Shown one piece after another: positions 10,883-22,780 of a stretch of DNA of 64,000 nt. Source of the stretch: Diplonema japonicum (lineage: Eukaryota > Protista > Euglenozoa: Diplonemea); assembly GCA_964019335.1 (NCBI GenBank), contig OZ025708.1, positions 310,001-374,000 of the forward strand. Direction: 5' to 3'. The notes beneath the pieces were generated by a model that had not been told where the DNA came from, searched no databases, and was given only the letters and a program-made list of their open reading frames with translations. Position 1 is the stretch's first letter. Every line of letters starts with the position of its first letter. The position numbers and the translations under genes were made by a program.

Positions 10883-13373
10883 ATGCCAAGCATCAAGGTG
10901 CTGAACATTTCGCTTGTGCTCTTGTGCATCTTGGTGACCGCCTTCATCTGCACGTTCCTCGCGATCAGCAGCGGTGACACGGCTTTGGACGACACGGCGC
11001 GACACATCTGTGTCCTCATGCTTCGCTGTCGGGGAGGAGAGTGTGCAGAACAGGACAGTGGAATACCTCGACCTGCTCATGGGTGGTGTCACTGATTATG
11101 TGAATCAGTTTCTGCAACCGAAGAACCTTCTCGCTCGTGGTTTGGTGAAGGAACTCGAGGCAAAACCTTTTGACACAATAAAACACTGGGATTGGCACAA
11201 CCTGGCGAGGTACTACTGGGCCTTCAGGAACCAGCAGGCGGCTGGCGTGAATGCTGTGAGGATCAACCTGAAAAATGAATTAGCAGTGGGATTCGTAGAG
11301 ATAGGCATAACTACGTCTCGTGGCCCTGATGAGTTCCATCATGTACAGGGTTTCTACAACTACGGCTCGGACCACCCTCTGGGTTGGGGTGGGCCGTGGA
11401 AGACATTTTCGGCAGATTCGGAGCTCGGTACAGGTCAGCCACTACTGGTCACCAACCCACTCACCGATGTGAATAGAAACTTTAAATCGTGCAGGAAGTC
11501 TGCTGTAGCCACCAATGGGTCTGTCCCTAACGAGCCGTGTCTCCTGCCATTTCCTCCCAAGCCCCTCCCAGACCGCAAGGCACCAGTGTGGAAAGCTCCC
11601 AACGCTGTTCGGGAGGGCCTCCTTGCAGTCAGTCTCGAAGCTCCCCTCTTTCATGATGGTGCCATCTCTGGGATAGTAAATATCGGCATCGATTTGAAGC
11701 ACATCAAAGTCTTCCTTCAGCAGCTGAAGATAGGGGGCCCTGTGGAGGGGCACCCTTCGAGGAGCCGTGTCTACATCACCATCAGAACCAACAGAGTAGA
11801 CCCCTTTGCAGCTGGGAATATCGTGGGCGCATCGCACGGTTCTGTTGTCATGGTGTTGAACAAGACAACGAACCAACTCGGTCCCATCACCCCCATCAAC
11901 AGCTCGGACCCCATCATCAGGGAGGTCGCCACAGACGTGGAGGCAAACAGTTTGGACCTTGACGAGAAGGCTGTGACCGGGAGCACAACAAACATGAACA
12001 TCACTACCTCCTACGCACCGGGCGGTGAGGTCTTCTACTACAAGGTTGGAAGGGTGGTGGACGAGAACGGGGCCGACTGGTACGTGCACGTCGTGATGGA
12101 CAGGGCGTACATCCTGGGGGAGATCGACAGGAAGACGACGGAGACTCGCGACACGATCAGCGCTGCGGAGAAGAAGGTGGAGGACGACCTGGACAAGGCT
12201 CGCACATTGCTCTACGTGCTCGTCATCGTCGTGGCTGTTGTCCTCATCGTTGTGTCTGTTGTCTTCGTCCTCAAGATCATCGAACCCCTCGTTGTGCTGG
12301 AGAGGGAGATGGCGATGGTGGCAGTCATGAAGCTTGAGGGGGTGGACACTGGGAGGCCCCACAGCTCCCTTCACGAGGTTCGCCTCATGCAGGTTAGCTT
12401 CTTGCAGATGATGAAGAACCTTGTGGAGTACAGGAACTACATGCCGGCCTCTGTTCTTCAGGATGAGAGCGAGGATGAGAGTGAGAGCGAGGCCACCATC
12501 GACACCCGGAGCAACAACACCAAGATGTCACAGTCTGCAAGGAAAACAGGGAGCTCAATAGGAACGTCTGTCGCCAACCGGCACACCGCACTCGGGTCGA
12601 TGGAGGCGAAGCAGAAGCGGGTTACGCTGATGGCATGCAACATGCTTGGATTCCTGGACAACAAGGCGAAGGTGCTGGAAACCATTTCTGACTACCTTGC
12701 GGCTGGGCTTGTTCTTGTGAAGGGGACGAAGGGGATCCCCGACGGGTTCAGTGGGGACAGGCTGTACGTGTCGTGGAACGGTGTGCGGCCTTGCTCCTCC
12801 CACAAGACGGCGGCCTACAAGTGTGCAAGGGGGTTCACAATGGAAAAGTCTCTTGGGAAGAAGTTCTCTATCGGGATCGTGTCTGGGGATGTGAAGTGCG
12901 GGAACATGGGATGCGACGGGATGAAGAAGTTCTCGTTCGTCGGGTCACTGGCGTCGTGGGTCCACATCGTGGAGCGGGTGGGAAGGGTGAGGGGCTCCAA
13001 CATCACGATAGACAGTGTGGTGCTCGAGGAGGTGGCGAACGCGGCCTTCACGAGGCTCCTGCAGCATGTTGTGTACGCGAAGCACTCCCCGAAGGTGCTC
13101 CTCCTCCACGAGGCGATGCAAGAGAAGGAGGTTCAAGAGGAGGAGTGGATGTACCAGCTGGAGGAAGGTGAAAAACAAGACAAGAATGCGGCTTATAACA
13201 CAAGCTTCACGTTGTTCATGAAGGGAAACGTGGCAGAGGCGATCAAGGCCCTTGATGGCTATACTGACACAAACTCCGAGGTGGTGAAGTCGTACAAGGA
13301 GAAGCTGAACGCAGCACTTACGTGTGCGGAGCTTTGCAGGCCTTATGGCGAGTTGGAGCGACTTGTAGGCTAG
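10883..13373 (+). pseudogene. Receptor-type nucleotide-cyclase-like gene copy 1, frameshifted by an 8-nt deletion
   Basis: Almost identical to 18071-20569 but lacks aagctgtc between 10996 and 10997. Confidence 0.8.
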
Positions 13374-13533
13374 CACATCTACATGCTACTACTCCCTCCT
13401 TCTGTTAATCTGTTTTTGATGACAATTCATATTTGCAACTTGCTATATTTGCTCTGCACTACACATTTCTGATATCTTACTGTAATGGCCTTATGGCGAA
13501 ATGCAACAGCTTGTAGGCTGACATATTTTAATT

Positions 13534-15495
13534 ATGGCCACGTCGCAACATATTTCTAATTTGATCTCCCAGGAAATAAACATGGGCCAAACAGTAGTAT
13601 TCAGTTTACAAGGTTCAGCCGCGGCAGAGACCATCTCCTTCTCTGTGACTGACTCCTTCCTCAGCAAGGACAAAACCATCAACGACCTGGTACGCGTCCA
13701 AGAAGGCAGCACCACGCAGATAACAGTGGACGTCGGAAGACGAAGCGACGCCGATGCCGCAGCGTGGTACAAAGAGAAGGTACAAGGGAACACAGAACAC
13801 ACGATGTACACAGGATGGGGAAGCCCCTTTCCGGATGAACTGAACTTCGCATTGGAAGGTGTAATCACTGTCGGTGGAAGGTCCTATCAAGTGTGGTTTG
13901 GACAAGGAAGCCCCAGCATCTTCCAGAACAACTGGTACTTCGCGAGTCACGATTTCAAAGCGAGGGACGACAACCAGTCAGGCTACCTTGACAACAGGTA
14001 CTACATCAAACCCAACGGGTCGTACACCTTCGAGTTAGAGCTCACCGGCGAAGTGTGCATCGGTAAGACGATCAACCTGACTGCCTTCACGAACGCAACA
14101 GGCGTCCAACCCCGCTTCGATTTGGAAGGTGACGTACCCTACGAATTCTCATTGGAGCAGGCGCCTCTTCAAGGTGTGGCCGCCATGCGTACTGGGCAGA
14201 CCTTTGACACAACAGGGATCTCCCCAGCCCATCGTGACTTTCGCACGCAGGTTACTGATGCGGATGATGTAAAAATGGTCTTCACAGAGAATATGCACAG
14301 GCTTGACAGGGTAAAGGGTTGTCTCCATGGCAAGACGGTAGCCGAACAGACCTTGCAAAGGTACACAGTGTCCGGCACGAAAATGATAAAATCTTGGGGT
14401 GTTTCGAACGTCTCGCAGCCTGTGGAGGACCAAGCCTACATCTACACGTCAGAGGACAAGTCCGACTGGATGCAAGAGCTGACCAAGAAGTACGCGTCCG
14501 TCAGAATGTGCGACCTCGTGCTCCCGGCTTCGCACGACGCGGGCATGTACGAAGTCAACTTCGACCCGAAGCTCCCCCGCTTCCTCGACCTCACACTTAT
14601 ATTGCTCGGCCCCCTCGGCTTCCTTGTCAAGGTGCTCCTTATAAGGGAAAGCAACAATCTAGAAAATGTAATGTACAACCTGGGCGTCACGCAGAAGGAC
14701 AATGCGTACGACCAGCTCACGTCCGGAACGCGGATGTTCGACTTCCGCCCGGCGTACATGACAGACCGCGAGCACAAGGGAACCTACCACATCCACGATT
14801 TCATCCCTGGATGCCGGTTCGATACGTTTCTGCAGGATATCAGCAGGTTCCTCGCGGAGCACAAGGGGGAGGTCGTCGTTGTCATCATACAGCCGAACGG
14901 CATCAACACGAAGCATTTCTCGTTCCTCACGAAGGAGGAGGTTGTGGAGTTTGCCGACGAAAACATCGACAGCGACGTGGGGTACACCTTCCAGGACGAC
15001 GAGGATTTCGCCGAGTTCCAGACAAAAAAAGTGACCGACATGCTGGACAAGAGGGTGATCTTCTTGTACGAGCCGAGCGAGACGAACGACAGCTACAACT
15101 CAGAGGACCACACAGCGTCCTTGACAGACCCGTCGGCTGTGTTGGGTACTCTCGCGAAGACCGTGCAGAACAACCGTAACGAGAAACTCACCGTTCTCCA
15201 GCTGCAGAACACGGGGCAAGGGGCACTCCTTAACCACGTAAGGGATATCGGGTTGCATCTTGCATCGTGGGCGCACAACCTGGTGTACTGTAAGACTGGG
15301 AACATCTTGCAGGCTACGAAACCCATCTTCGACAGTGCCACATATACTTGGCTGACCGCGCCCGAGACTGTGGGCCACGTGAAGCAGCAGCGATGCTTGG
15401 TAGCCTTGTTGAATGATTTCGTAGATGTCGCCATGGCCGAGCACGCCATCGCACTATGCCACGCCAGACAGGCTGCCGCACCAATGGCCCCGTGA
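13534..15495 (+). CDS. PI-PLC X-domain (PLC-like phosphodiesterase) protein with an unknown N-terminal domain
   Basis: WM...LVLPASHDAGMY, TQ...DQLTSGTRMFDFRP and FLAEHKGEVVVV motifs of bacterial/fungal-type PI-PLC. Confidence 0.85.
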   Translation: MATSQHISNLISQEINMGQTVVFSLQGSAAAETISFSVTDSFLSKDKTINDLVRVQEGSTTQITVDVGRRSDADAAAWYKEKVQGNTEHTMYTGWGSPFPDELNFALEGVITVGGRSYQVWFGQGSPSIFQNNWYFASHDFKARDDNQSGYLDNRYYIKPNGSYTFELELTGEVCIGKTINLTAFTNATGVQPRFDLEGDVPYEFSLEQAPLQGVAAMRTGQTFDTTGISPAHRDFRTQVTDADDVKMVFTENMHRLDRVKGCLHGKTVAEQTLQRYTVSGTKMIKSWGVSNVSQPVEDQAYIYTSEDKSDWMQELTKKYASVRMCDLVLPASHDAGMYEVNFDPKLPRFLDLTLILLGPLGFLVKVLLIRESNNLENVMYNLGVTQKDNAYDQLTSGTRMFDFRPAYMTDREHKGTYHIHDFIPGCRFDTFLQDISRFLAEHKGEVVVVIIQPNGINTKHFSFLTKEEVVEFADENIDSDVGYTFQDDEDFAEFQTKKVTDMLDKRVIFLYEPSETNDSYNSEDHTASLTDPSAVLGTLAKTVQNNRNEKLTVLQLQNTGQGALLNHVRDIGLHLASWAHNLVYCKTGNILQATKPIFDSATYTWLTAPETVGHVKQQRCLVALLNDFVDVAMAEHAIALCHARQAAAPMAP

Positions 15496-15765
15496 AAGAC
15501 TTTTCTCATTTAACGAACGAAACAAAAATTTTTTTTTGTTACAAATATTTATCTTTCAAAAAATGAATTTTATAACTATATGCAACTTGTGCCGAGCAAA
15601 AAACTTTCGCAGCTTTTTAAAAACCTTTTTTGCTCGTGCGAACAACAAAGACATATAGTCATAAAGAATTATTCTTTTCTTTTTCAGAAATGCTCTCGGG
15701 GGGGGGATGCGTTATGAGCATTTGGTCTAATAAAGGCACTTTTCCCATTCTCTTTTTTTTTTCTT

Positions 15766-16242
15766 TGGTTGTCACAGCTACGATGGGTGAAGGAGGACAC
15801 CAGCTCTGAAGTGTCTGCGGTGGAATTGGCCATCGATTTCGAATGGACGACAGGCAAATTATTGGGAGGTCTGCTGGAAGATAGGGCTCGCAAGATCAAA
15901 GCACTGATAAGGAAGCTGAACGCGGAATGCAGGGCACGGAAGAAGCCACGCCCCTTCCCAGCGGATGAACAGAAAAGAGTGAAGTCCCTCATCGCAATAG
16001 GTGGGAAGATGGCAATGGGTTTCGTCAGGAGGCCCATCTTCGCCACCCACTCCACGCACGACAAGCTGATGGAACTGAAAGCCGCCTACAAGCGGGACCG
16101 CATCACACGACTCCGCAAGACGCTCAGGGCCTCGATTGGAACGAAAGCAATGCTCCAGGAGGGGAGTATAAATTGATAGCCCCCCCCCCCCCCCCCCCAA
16201 CCCACCCAAGGGCGGCCCTCCATGAGGGGGTTTGTCCTGCAC
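15766..16242 (+). mobile_element. 5'-truncated 3' end of LINE family A
   Basis: Aligns with 46018-46475 (WLSQLRWV..D..SEVSAVELAIDFE...LQEGSIN) and carries the 3' hairpin. Confidence 0.85.
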
Positions 16243-16881
16243 TTTGAGTTTTCTTCTTTTTTTTTCTGCTTGCAAAAAAAAAGAGTCTTTTGACTTGTCT
16301 AGGCAAAAGGGACAGCATTGGTGTGTGTGGTCACGGGTTTTTTAAAACTTCTGCGGTTTTCTTCTACCCGGCATGTGAACATAGCGCCGTGGAACCATTG
16401 AACCTTAGCACCACAGGCGGGGCTTATGATTTCTTCTCCCCCCCCCCCCCCCCATCCCCTCTTTTGTACAAACGTGACATGGTTAAAATCTCGCGAAGTT
16501 GTAAAAGAAAACGAAAAGTCCCTTAACCATAGTTTTATTTCACACCCCCCCCCCCCCCCCCCCCCCTCCCCATTTAACTGCTCAAAAAACACAATTACTA
16601 TTGACGATTTAGCCGGAAGTTCTAAGAAGGTACCTTTCCTTTCCCCTTTGTTTACCTTTTTTTTTTTTCTTCTCCCTATTTATTTCCGGTAGTGTCAGGT
16701 TTTAGTAATGTCCTTTTCCACCCCCGCTCGCCCCCCCTTTTTTTTCCTCTTCAATTCTACTCTTGAAAAACTATAAACTAGTTTCCGGCAGCGTAAATGC
16801 GAGTAATTGGTCTGGGATAGATTACCGCTCGTTTTGCGGCGTAAGGCTACTCGAGTTTCATTTGTTCTCTTCTTTTTGTTT

Positions 16882-16913
<32 letters not shown>

Positions 16914-18070
16914 CTTTTTTTTTTTTTTTCTATTTCTGCGATTATATTTTTACAATAGCGCGATAGAGCTCTGCCCGGGGGGAAAAAAAAATGTCAACAC
17001 TTTTTTTTGGCAGTTCGAAATTTCTTTATTTTGCTTATTTGAGTAAAAAAAAAGGGCAGCAACGCGACCATAGGAGGATGACATATGGTGTACCTGTTGC
17101 CGTTCTTTCAATTGCGATGCTTGTTTTGCCATGGGGTGGCAGGCTTTGCAACCGGCTGCCCCTGGGAAGCGAAAAACAGAGGTCAAAAAAAAAAAAAAAA
17201 AAAAAAAAAAAACGGCGAAAAATGTTTAACCATTTAAAGGACGAAGCGCTAGATATCTAGTAATCAAAAAAAAATTTGAATTTTTTTGTATAGGCATTTC
17301 TAAGTACCATAGACCCTTATCCTTGCACTGAATGACCTAGTTCCGCGATTTCTTTTCCATCGAAAATCACTTTTGGCCCCTAGATTAACCTCCAAAAACA
17401 CTCGAAACCAGTTTTTGGTGGCACGAAAGCTCAGATGAGCAGTACTGATTCAGACGAGTTCTGGAGTGCCCAAGGGGACATTCTCACTGACGATGGGGCC
17501 CACCTAGCGCCAGTAGTGACGAGAAGAGTGAAAATATGCCCTGGGAGGGCGATATTGCGCAGGTTACGCGTAAGAAGTGACAGGGCACAGGGGCAGAAAT
17601 CACCCTTTTCCCACCTGAGTGCATTAGCATTTCCAAGCTGTTCATATCAATGGAGTTGTGAAATCTCTTTGCACCGTTTGCAAGTACCACAACCCCGACT
17701 TTGACTTTACTGTGGACGATATCTATGAGTTTCTTCAATGCAATTTTAAAGCTTGACATACAGCACCTAGGGTGCATAGAAGTCAGGCTACTGTTAAAAG
17801 TACTCCGAGAAAAATATATGGCGTTATTCTGCACACAAAGTGGTGTCGGACTACTTTTAGAAATTTTCCGAGGATTTTCCGTTGCAAAAAAAAGGGTCAT
17901 TTGTTGACTTCTTTTTTTCCGGTATATATTTATACTAGGCCGGTGAAATGGTTGAGTTTGTTCACAGCAGAGCAGTCCTACCTGTACTACCTAGCATAGA
18001 TTTTGTCGCTTATTAAGAAATCTTACGTTGCAACCAAAAGACAAAAAAAAAAATAAGGCGAGAAAATAAA

Positions 18071-20569
18071 ATGCCGAGCATCAAGGTGCTGAACATTTCG
18101 CTTGTGCTCTTGTGCATCTTGGTGACCGCCTTCATCTGCACGTTCCTCGCGATCAGCAGCGGTGACACGGCTTTGGACGACACGAAGCTGTCGCGCGACA
18201 CATCTGTGTCCTCATGCTTCGCTGTCGGGGAGGAGAGTGTGCAGAACAGGACAGTGGAATACCTCGACCTGCTCATGGGTGGTGTCACTGATTATGTGAA
18301 TCAGTTTCTGCAACCGAAGAACCTTCTCGCTCGTGGTTTGGTGAAGGAACTCGAGGCAAAACCTTTTGACACAATAAAACACTGGGATTGGCACAACCTG
18401 GCGAGGTACTACTGGGCCTTCAGGAACCAGCAGGCGGCTGGCGTGAATGCTGTGAGGATCAACCTGAAAAATGAATTAGCAGTGGGATTCGTAGAGATAG
18501 GCATAACTACGTCTCGTGGCCCTGATGAGTTCCATCATGTACAGGGTTTCTACAACTACGGCTCGGACCACCCTCTGGGTTGGGGTGGGCCGTGGAAGAC
18601 ATTTTCGGCAGATTCGGAGCTCGGTACAGGTCAGCCACTACTGGTCACCAACCCACTCACCGATGTGAATAGAAACTTTAAATCGTGCAGGAAGTCTGCT
18701 GTAGCCACCAATGGGTCTGTCCCTAACGAGCCGTGTCTCCTGCCATTTCCTCCCAAGCCCCTCCCAGACCGCAAGGCACCAGTGTGGAAAGCTCCCAACG
18801 CTGTTCGGGAGGGCCTCCTTGCAGTCAGTCTCGAAGCTCCCCTCTTTCATGATGGTGCCATCTCTGGGATAGTAAATATCGGCATCGATTTGAAGCACAT
18901 CAAAGTCTTCCTTCAGCAGCTGAAGATAGGGGGCCCTGTGGAGGGGCACCCTTCGAGGAGCCGTGTCTACATCACCATCAGAACCAACAGAGTAGACCCC
19001 TTTGCAGCTGGGAATATCGTGGGCGCATCGCACGGTTCTGTTGTCATGGTGTTGAACAAGACAACGAACCAACTCGGTCCCATCACCCCCATCAACAGCT
19101 CGGACCCCATCATCAGGGAGGTCGCCACAGACGTGGAGGCAAACAGTTTGGACCTTGACGAGAAGGCTGTGACCGGGAGCACAACAAACATGAACATCAC
19201 TACCTCCTACGCACCGGGCGGTGAGGTCTTCTACTACAAGGTTGGAAGGGTGGTGGACGAGAACGGGGCCGACTGGTACGTGCACGTCGTGATGGACAGG
19301 GCGTACATCCTGGGGGAGATCGACAGGAAGACGACGGAGACTCGCGACACGATCAGCGCTGCGGAGAAGAAGGTGGAGGACGACCTGGACAAGGCTCGCA
19401 CATTGCTCTACGTGCTCGTCATCGTCGTGGCTGTTGTCCTCATCGTTGTGTCTGTTGTCTTCGTCCTCAAGATCATCGAACCCCTCGTTGTGCTGGAGAG
19501 GGAGATGGCGATGGTGGCAGTCATGAAGCTTGAGGGGGTGGACACTGGGAGGCCCCACAGCTCCCTTCACGAGGTTCGCCTCATGCAGGTTAGCTTCTTG
19601 CAGATGATGAAGAACCTTGTGGAGTACAGGAACTACATGCCGGCCTCTGTTCTTCAGGATGAGAGCGAGGATGAGAGTGAGAGCGAGGCCACCATCGACA
19701 CCCGGAGCAACAACACCAAGATGTCACAGTCTGCAAGGAAAACAGGGAGCTCAATAGGAACGTCTGTCGCCAACCGGCACACCGCACTCGGGTCGATGGA
19801 GGCGAAGCAGAAGCGGGTTACGCTGATGGCATGCAACATGCTTGGATTCCTGGACAACAAGGCGAAGGTGCTGGAAACCATTTCTGACTACCTTGCGGCT
19901 GGGCTTGTTCTTGTGAAGGGGACGAAGGGGATCCCCGACGGGTTCAGTGGGGACAGGCTGTACGTGTCGTGGAACGGTGTGCGGCCTTGCTCCTCCCACA
20001 AGACGGCGGCCTACAAGTGTGCAAGGGGGTTCACAATGGAAAAGTCTCTTGGGAAGAAGTTCTCTATCGGGATCGTGTCTGGGGATGTGAAGTGCGGGAA
20101 CATGGGATGCGACGGGATGAAGAAGTTCTCGTTCGTCGGGTCACTGGCGTCGTGGGTCCACATCGTGGAGCGGGTGGGAAGGGTGAGGGGCTCCAACATC
20201 ACGATAGACAGTGTGGTGCTCGAGGAGGTGGCGAACGCGGCCTTCACGAGGCTCCTGCAGCATGTTGTGTACGCGAAGCACTCCCCGAAGGTGCTCCTCC
20301 TCCACGAGGCGATGCAAGAGAAGGAGGTTCAAGAGGAGGAGTGGATGTACCAGCTGGAGGAAGGTGAAAAACAAGACAAGAATGCGGCTTATAACACAAG
20401 CTTCACGTTGTTCATGAAGGGAAACGTGGCAGAGGCGATCAAGGCCCTTGATGGCTATACTGACACAAACTCCGAGGTGGTGAAGTCGTACAAGGAGAAG
20501 CTGAACGCAGCACTTACGTGTGCGGAGCTTTGCAGGCCTTATGGCGAGCTAGAGCGACTTGTAGGCTAG
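18071..20569 (+). CDS. Receptor-type class III nucleotide-cyclase-like protein copy 2 (TM - extracellular sensor - TM - HAMP-like - degenerate cyclase)
   Basis: Two TM helices, IIEPLVVLEREM..VAVMKLE HAMP-like segment, cyclase motifs VTLMACNMLGF, FSGD, IGIVSG...GNMG. Confidence 0.85.
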   Translation: MPSIKVLNISLVLLCILVTAFICTFLAISSGDTALDDTKLSRDTSVSSCFAVGEESVQNRTVEYLDLLMGGVTDYVNQFLQPKNLLARGLVKELEAKPFDTIKHWDWHNLARYYWAFRNQQAAGVNAVRINLKNELAVGFVEIGITTSRGPDEFHHVQGFYNYGSDHPLGWGGPWKTFSADSELGTGQPLLVTNPLTDVNRNFKSCRKSAVATNGSVPNEPCLLPFPPKPLPDRKAPVWKAPNAVREGLLAVSLEAPLFHDGAISGIVNIGIDLKHIKVFLQQLKIGGPVEGHPSRSRVYITIRTNRVDPFAAGNIVGASHGSVVMVLNKTTNQLGPITPINSSDPIIREVATDVEANSLDLDEKAVTGSTTNMNITTSYAPGGEVFYYKVGRVVDENGADWYVHVVMDRAYILGEIDRKTTETRDTISAAEKKVEDDLDKARTLLYVLVIVVAVVLIVVSVVFVLKIIEPLVVLEREMAMVAVMKLEGVDTGRPHSSLHEVRLMQVSFLQMMKNLVEYRNYMPASVLQDESEDESESEATIDTRSNNTKMSQSARKTGSSIGTSVANRHTALGSMEAKQKRVTLMACNMLGFLDNKAKVLETISDYLAAGLVLVKGTKGIPDGFSGDRLYVSWNGVRPCSSHKTAAYKCARGFTMEKSLGKKFSIGIVSGDVKCGNMGCDGMKKFSFVGSLASWVHIVERVGRVRGSNITIDSVVLEEVANAAFTRLLQHVVYAKHSPKVLLLHEAMQEKEVQEEEWMYQLEEGEKQDKNAAYNTSFTLFMKGNVAEAIKALDGYTDTNSEVVKSYKEKLNAALTCAELCRPYGELERLVG

Positions 20570-20799
20570 TATAGAAGCTTCTTCTGTTTAATCTGTTTGT
20601 GATGACAATTCATATTTGCAACTTGCTATATTTGCTCTGCACTACACATTTCTGATATCTTGCTGTAATGCTTGCAGGAAGGCAGATGACCTCCCTTATT
20701 CTTCTCTCTTTACTCTCTGCTACATTTCTTATTCAGCTTTAAAGAAATTAGCTTCTTCAATGGAACCTGTCGCCACTACAGATAAACAACAAAAACAAA

Positions 20800-22674
20800 A
20801 TGAGACAGACATTGCTGGCGGTTGTGTCCGCAGCCATCCTTGCGGAAGCCACGGTTCCTGCACCAGCACCTTACCTGAAGCTGGCAACGCTGCTGCCTAC
20901 GGTGCAGGCAACAGATGTTGCGTACTACAATAACTTCGCTTATCTCATTACTGATTACCAAGGTGCGCGAAACAGGGCGATCCGCGTGTATGACATGAGC
21001 GATGAGGCAAACCCGGTCATCACGGTAGGGTTCCCTTACCCCTCTGATGGCGCATTGAGGGCTCTTCTCATCGATGGGGGCAATCTCTACGTCGGGACGG
21101 CAGTTGGAATGGACGTGTTCTCCCTGGCGGAACCGCGGGTCCCGGTGCGGCACAGCAGGCTGTTGTACACCCCCGGGTGCGTCACCGACAGTTTGCACGT
21201 TATCACCGCCTCGCCCGACCACGTCTTCACTGTTTGCAAACGGTTGAGCAGGCATTACCTAAACACCTTCCGAAAGCACGCCAGCTCTGTCATATCTGTT
21301 GGGGTGCACGAGTACATTGCTGGACGAACCCCGACCGCCCTGCTGTACTTTGACTCGAAGGTGTACGCTAGCAACTCGCCGAGCCACATCCACGTCTTCG
21401 ACGTGACGAACGCTCGCTTTCCGATACAGGTGGCGACATGGTACATCACCCCTAATGTCGAGGTGTTTGGGTTCACGCACCACGACGGATATTTGTACGC
21501 AGCCACGAACCAAGCCTTCGGGTCGAAGGTGGTGAGGTTCGACCTGTCCACGGGCACCCAGACATCTCTGAACCTCTTGACTGGTCTGACGGGGCAGTGC
21601 AACGACATCGTGATCGAGTTCCCCATGATGTACGTGGCCTGCGGGGCGGGGCTGTACGTGCTCGAGTTCCTCACAGACAGCACCTTTGCGCTCCACTTCT
21701 CGGACAACTTGCACGCCGGTTCCCTCGCCATCAACAACGGGCACCTCTCCGTCGCGGGTGTGAATGACTTCCGTGTGTACGTCCTGCCGGACCTGCCACT
21801 GAACCTGATCGGGTGCTTCAAGACTAACACGAGATTCTTCACGAAGAATGTGTACCGAGGGAGCTTTAACAGCCCGGGGAGCTGTGCGAAGCGTTGCGAG
21901 GCGGAAGGGGCAGGATACACCCACATGGGAGTGGAATTCGGGAAGGAATGCTGGTGCGGGAAGGCGGCTGATCTCGGGACGACGAGGACACTGGCGTCGC
22001 AGTGCAACATGCCGTGCACAGGGGACAGCGGGACCAAGTGCGGTGGCTCGTACCGCATGAACGTATACAAGCTTGGGAGCGTTCCGTTGCACCCTGTTCC
22101 TCAGGAATGGGGGTGCTTCAAGACAGAGGCTAACGACAGGAAGCTGACCTTCCAGTACAGAAGCGGCAGCAAGACGACCGTCGAGGAGTGCACCTCTGTG
22201 TGCACAACGAACTTGTTCCTGTTTGCTGGTCTCGAGAACGGGAACGAGTGTTGGTGCGGAAACAGCTTGGCTCCCATGAAGCGTCTGCCCACGTCGCAGT
22301 GCAGCAAGCCGTGCACAGGGGACGCAACGCAGAACTGCGGCGACGCTTACAAGGCCCTCATGTTTTACACAGGAGGCACGCCGTTCCCTACCCCGAGCTC
22401 CACCTACGAAGGGTGCTACAAGGACGGCTCCTCGAGAACGCTCTCCATACTGGCCTACCAGTCGAACGACAATTCCATTGAGGAGTGCACCTCTGTCTGC
22501 TTCCACAACGGGTTCCAACTTGCAGGCCTCCAGTACAGGAAGCAGTGCTGGTGCGGGAACACCATCTCCACACAGAAGGTCTCTGACTCCCAGTGCCACA
22601 TGAGCTGCTCTGGTGACACAAGCCAAAAATGTGGCGGCTCTTGGAGGAACTCTGTTTATGCCAAGGCTCCATAG
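20800..22674 (+). CDS. Secreted protein: LVIVD-like beta-propeller plus three WSC domains
   Basis: Signal peptide; IRVYDMSDEANP and IHVFDVTN repeats; three GCF/YK...C...C...GxExGxECWCG...C.G.....CGG units. Confidence 0.85.
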   Translation: MRQTLLAVVSAAILAEATVPAPAPYLKLATLLPTVQATDVAYYNNFAYLITDYQGARNRAIRVYDMSDEANPVITVGFPYPSDGALRALLIDGGNLYVGTAVGMDVFSLAEPRVPVRHSRLLYTPGCVTDSLHVITASPDHVFTVCKRLSRHYLNTFRKHASSVISVGVHEYIAGRTPTALLYFDSKVYASNSPSHIHVFDVTNARFPIQVATWYITPNVEVFGFTHHDGYLYAATNQAFGSKVVRFDLSTGTQTSLNLLTGLTGQCNDIVIEFPMMYVACGAGLYVLEFLTDSTFALHFSDNLHAGSLAINNGHLSVAGVNDFRVYVLPDLPLNLIGCFKTNTRFFTKNVYRGSFNSPGSCAKRCEAEGAGYTHMGVEFGKECWCGKAADLGTTRTLASQCNMPCTGDSGTKCGGSYRMNVYKLGSVPLHPVPQEWGCFKTEANDRKLTFQYRSGSKTTVEECTSVCTTNLFLFAGLENGNECWCGNSLAPMKRLPTSQCSKPCTGDATQNCGDAYKALMFYTGGTPFPTPSSTYEGCYKDGSSRTLSILAYQSNDNSIEECTSVCFHNGFQLAGLQYRKQCWCGNTISTQKVSDSQCHMSCSGDTSQKCGGSWRNSVYAKAP

Positions 22675-22780
22675 AGAAGAATGTTTTCAAAAACCTCCCT
22701 TTTTTTTCTTCTTTTATTCTGTGTACGAACACATATAAGCCCCCCCTGCACATGGAAGTATTATAAAGCGTTTCTTTTTG

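Noticed and set aside
10990-11000. Programmed frameshift or RNA editing rescuing cyclase copy 1
   Set aside because: A simple 8-nt deletion between short gacac repeats; mutation or assembly error is more parsimonious.
17225-17945. piggyBac-like relic (ttaaccat... ends, also at 33660 and 54712)
   Set aside because: No matching opposite TIR or transposase motif found.
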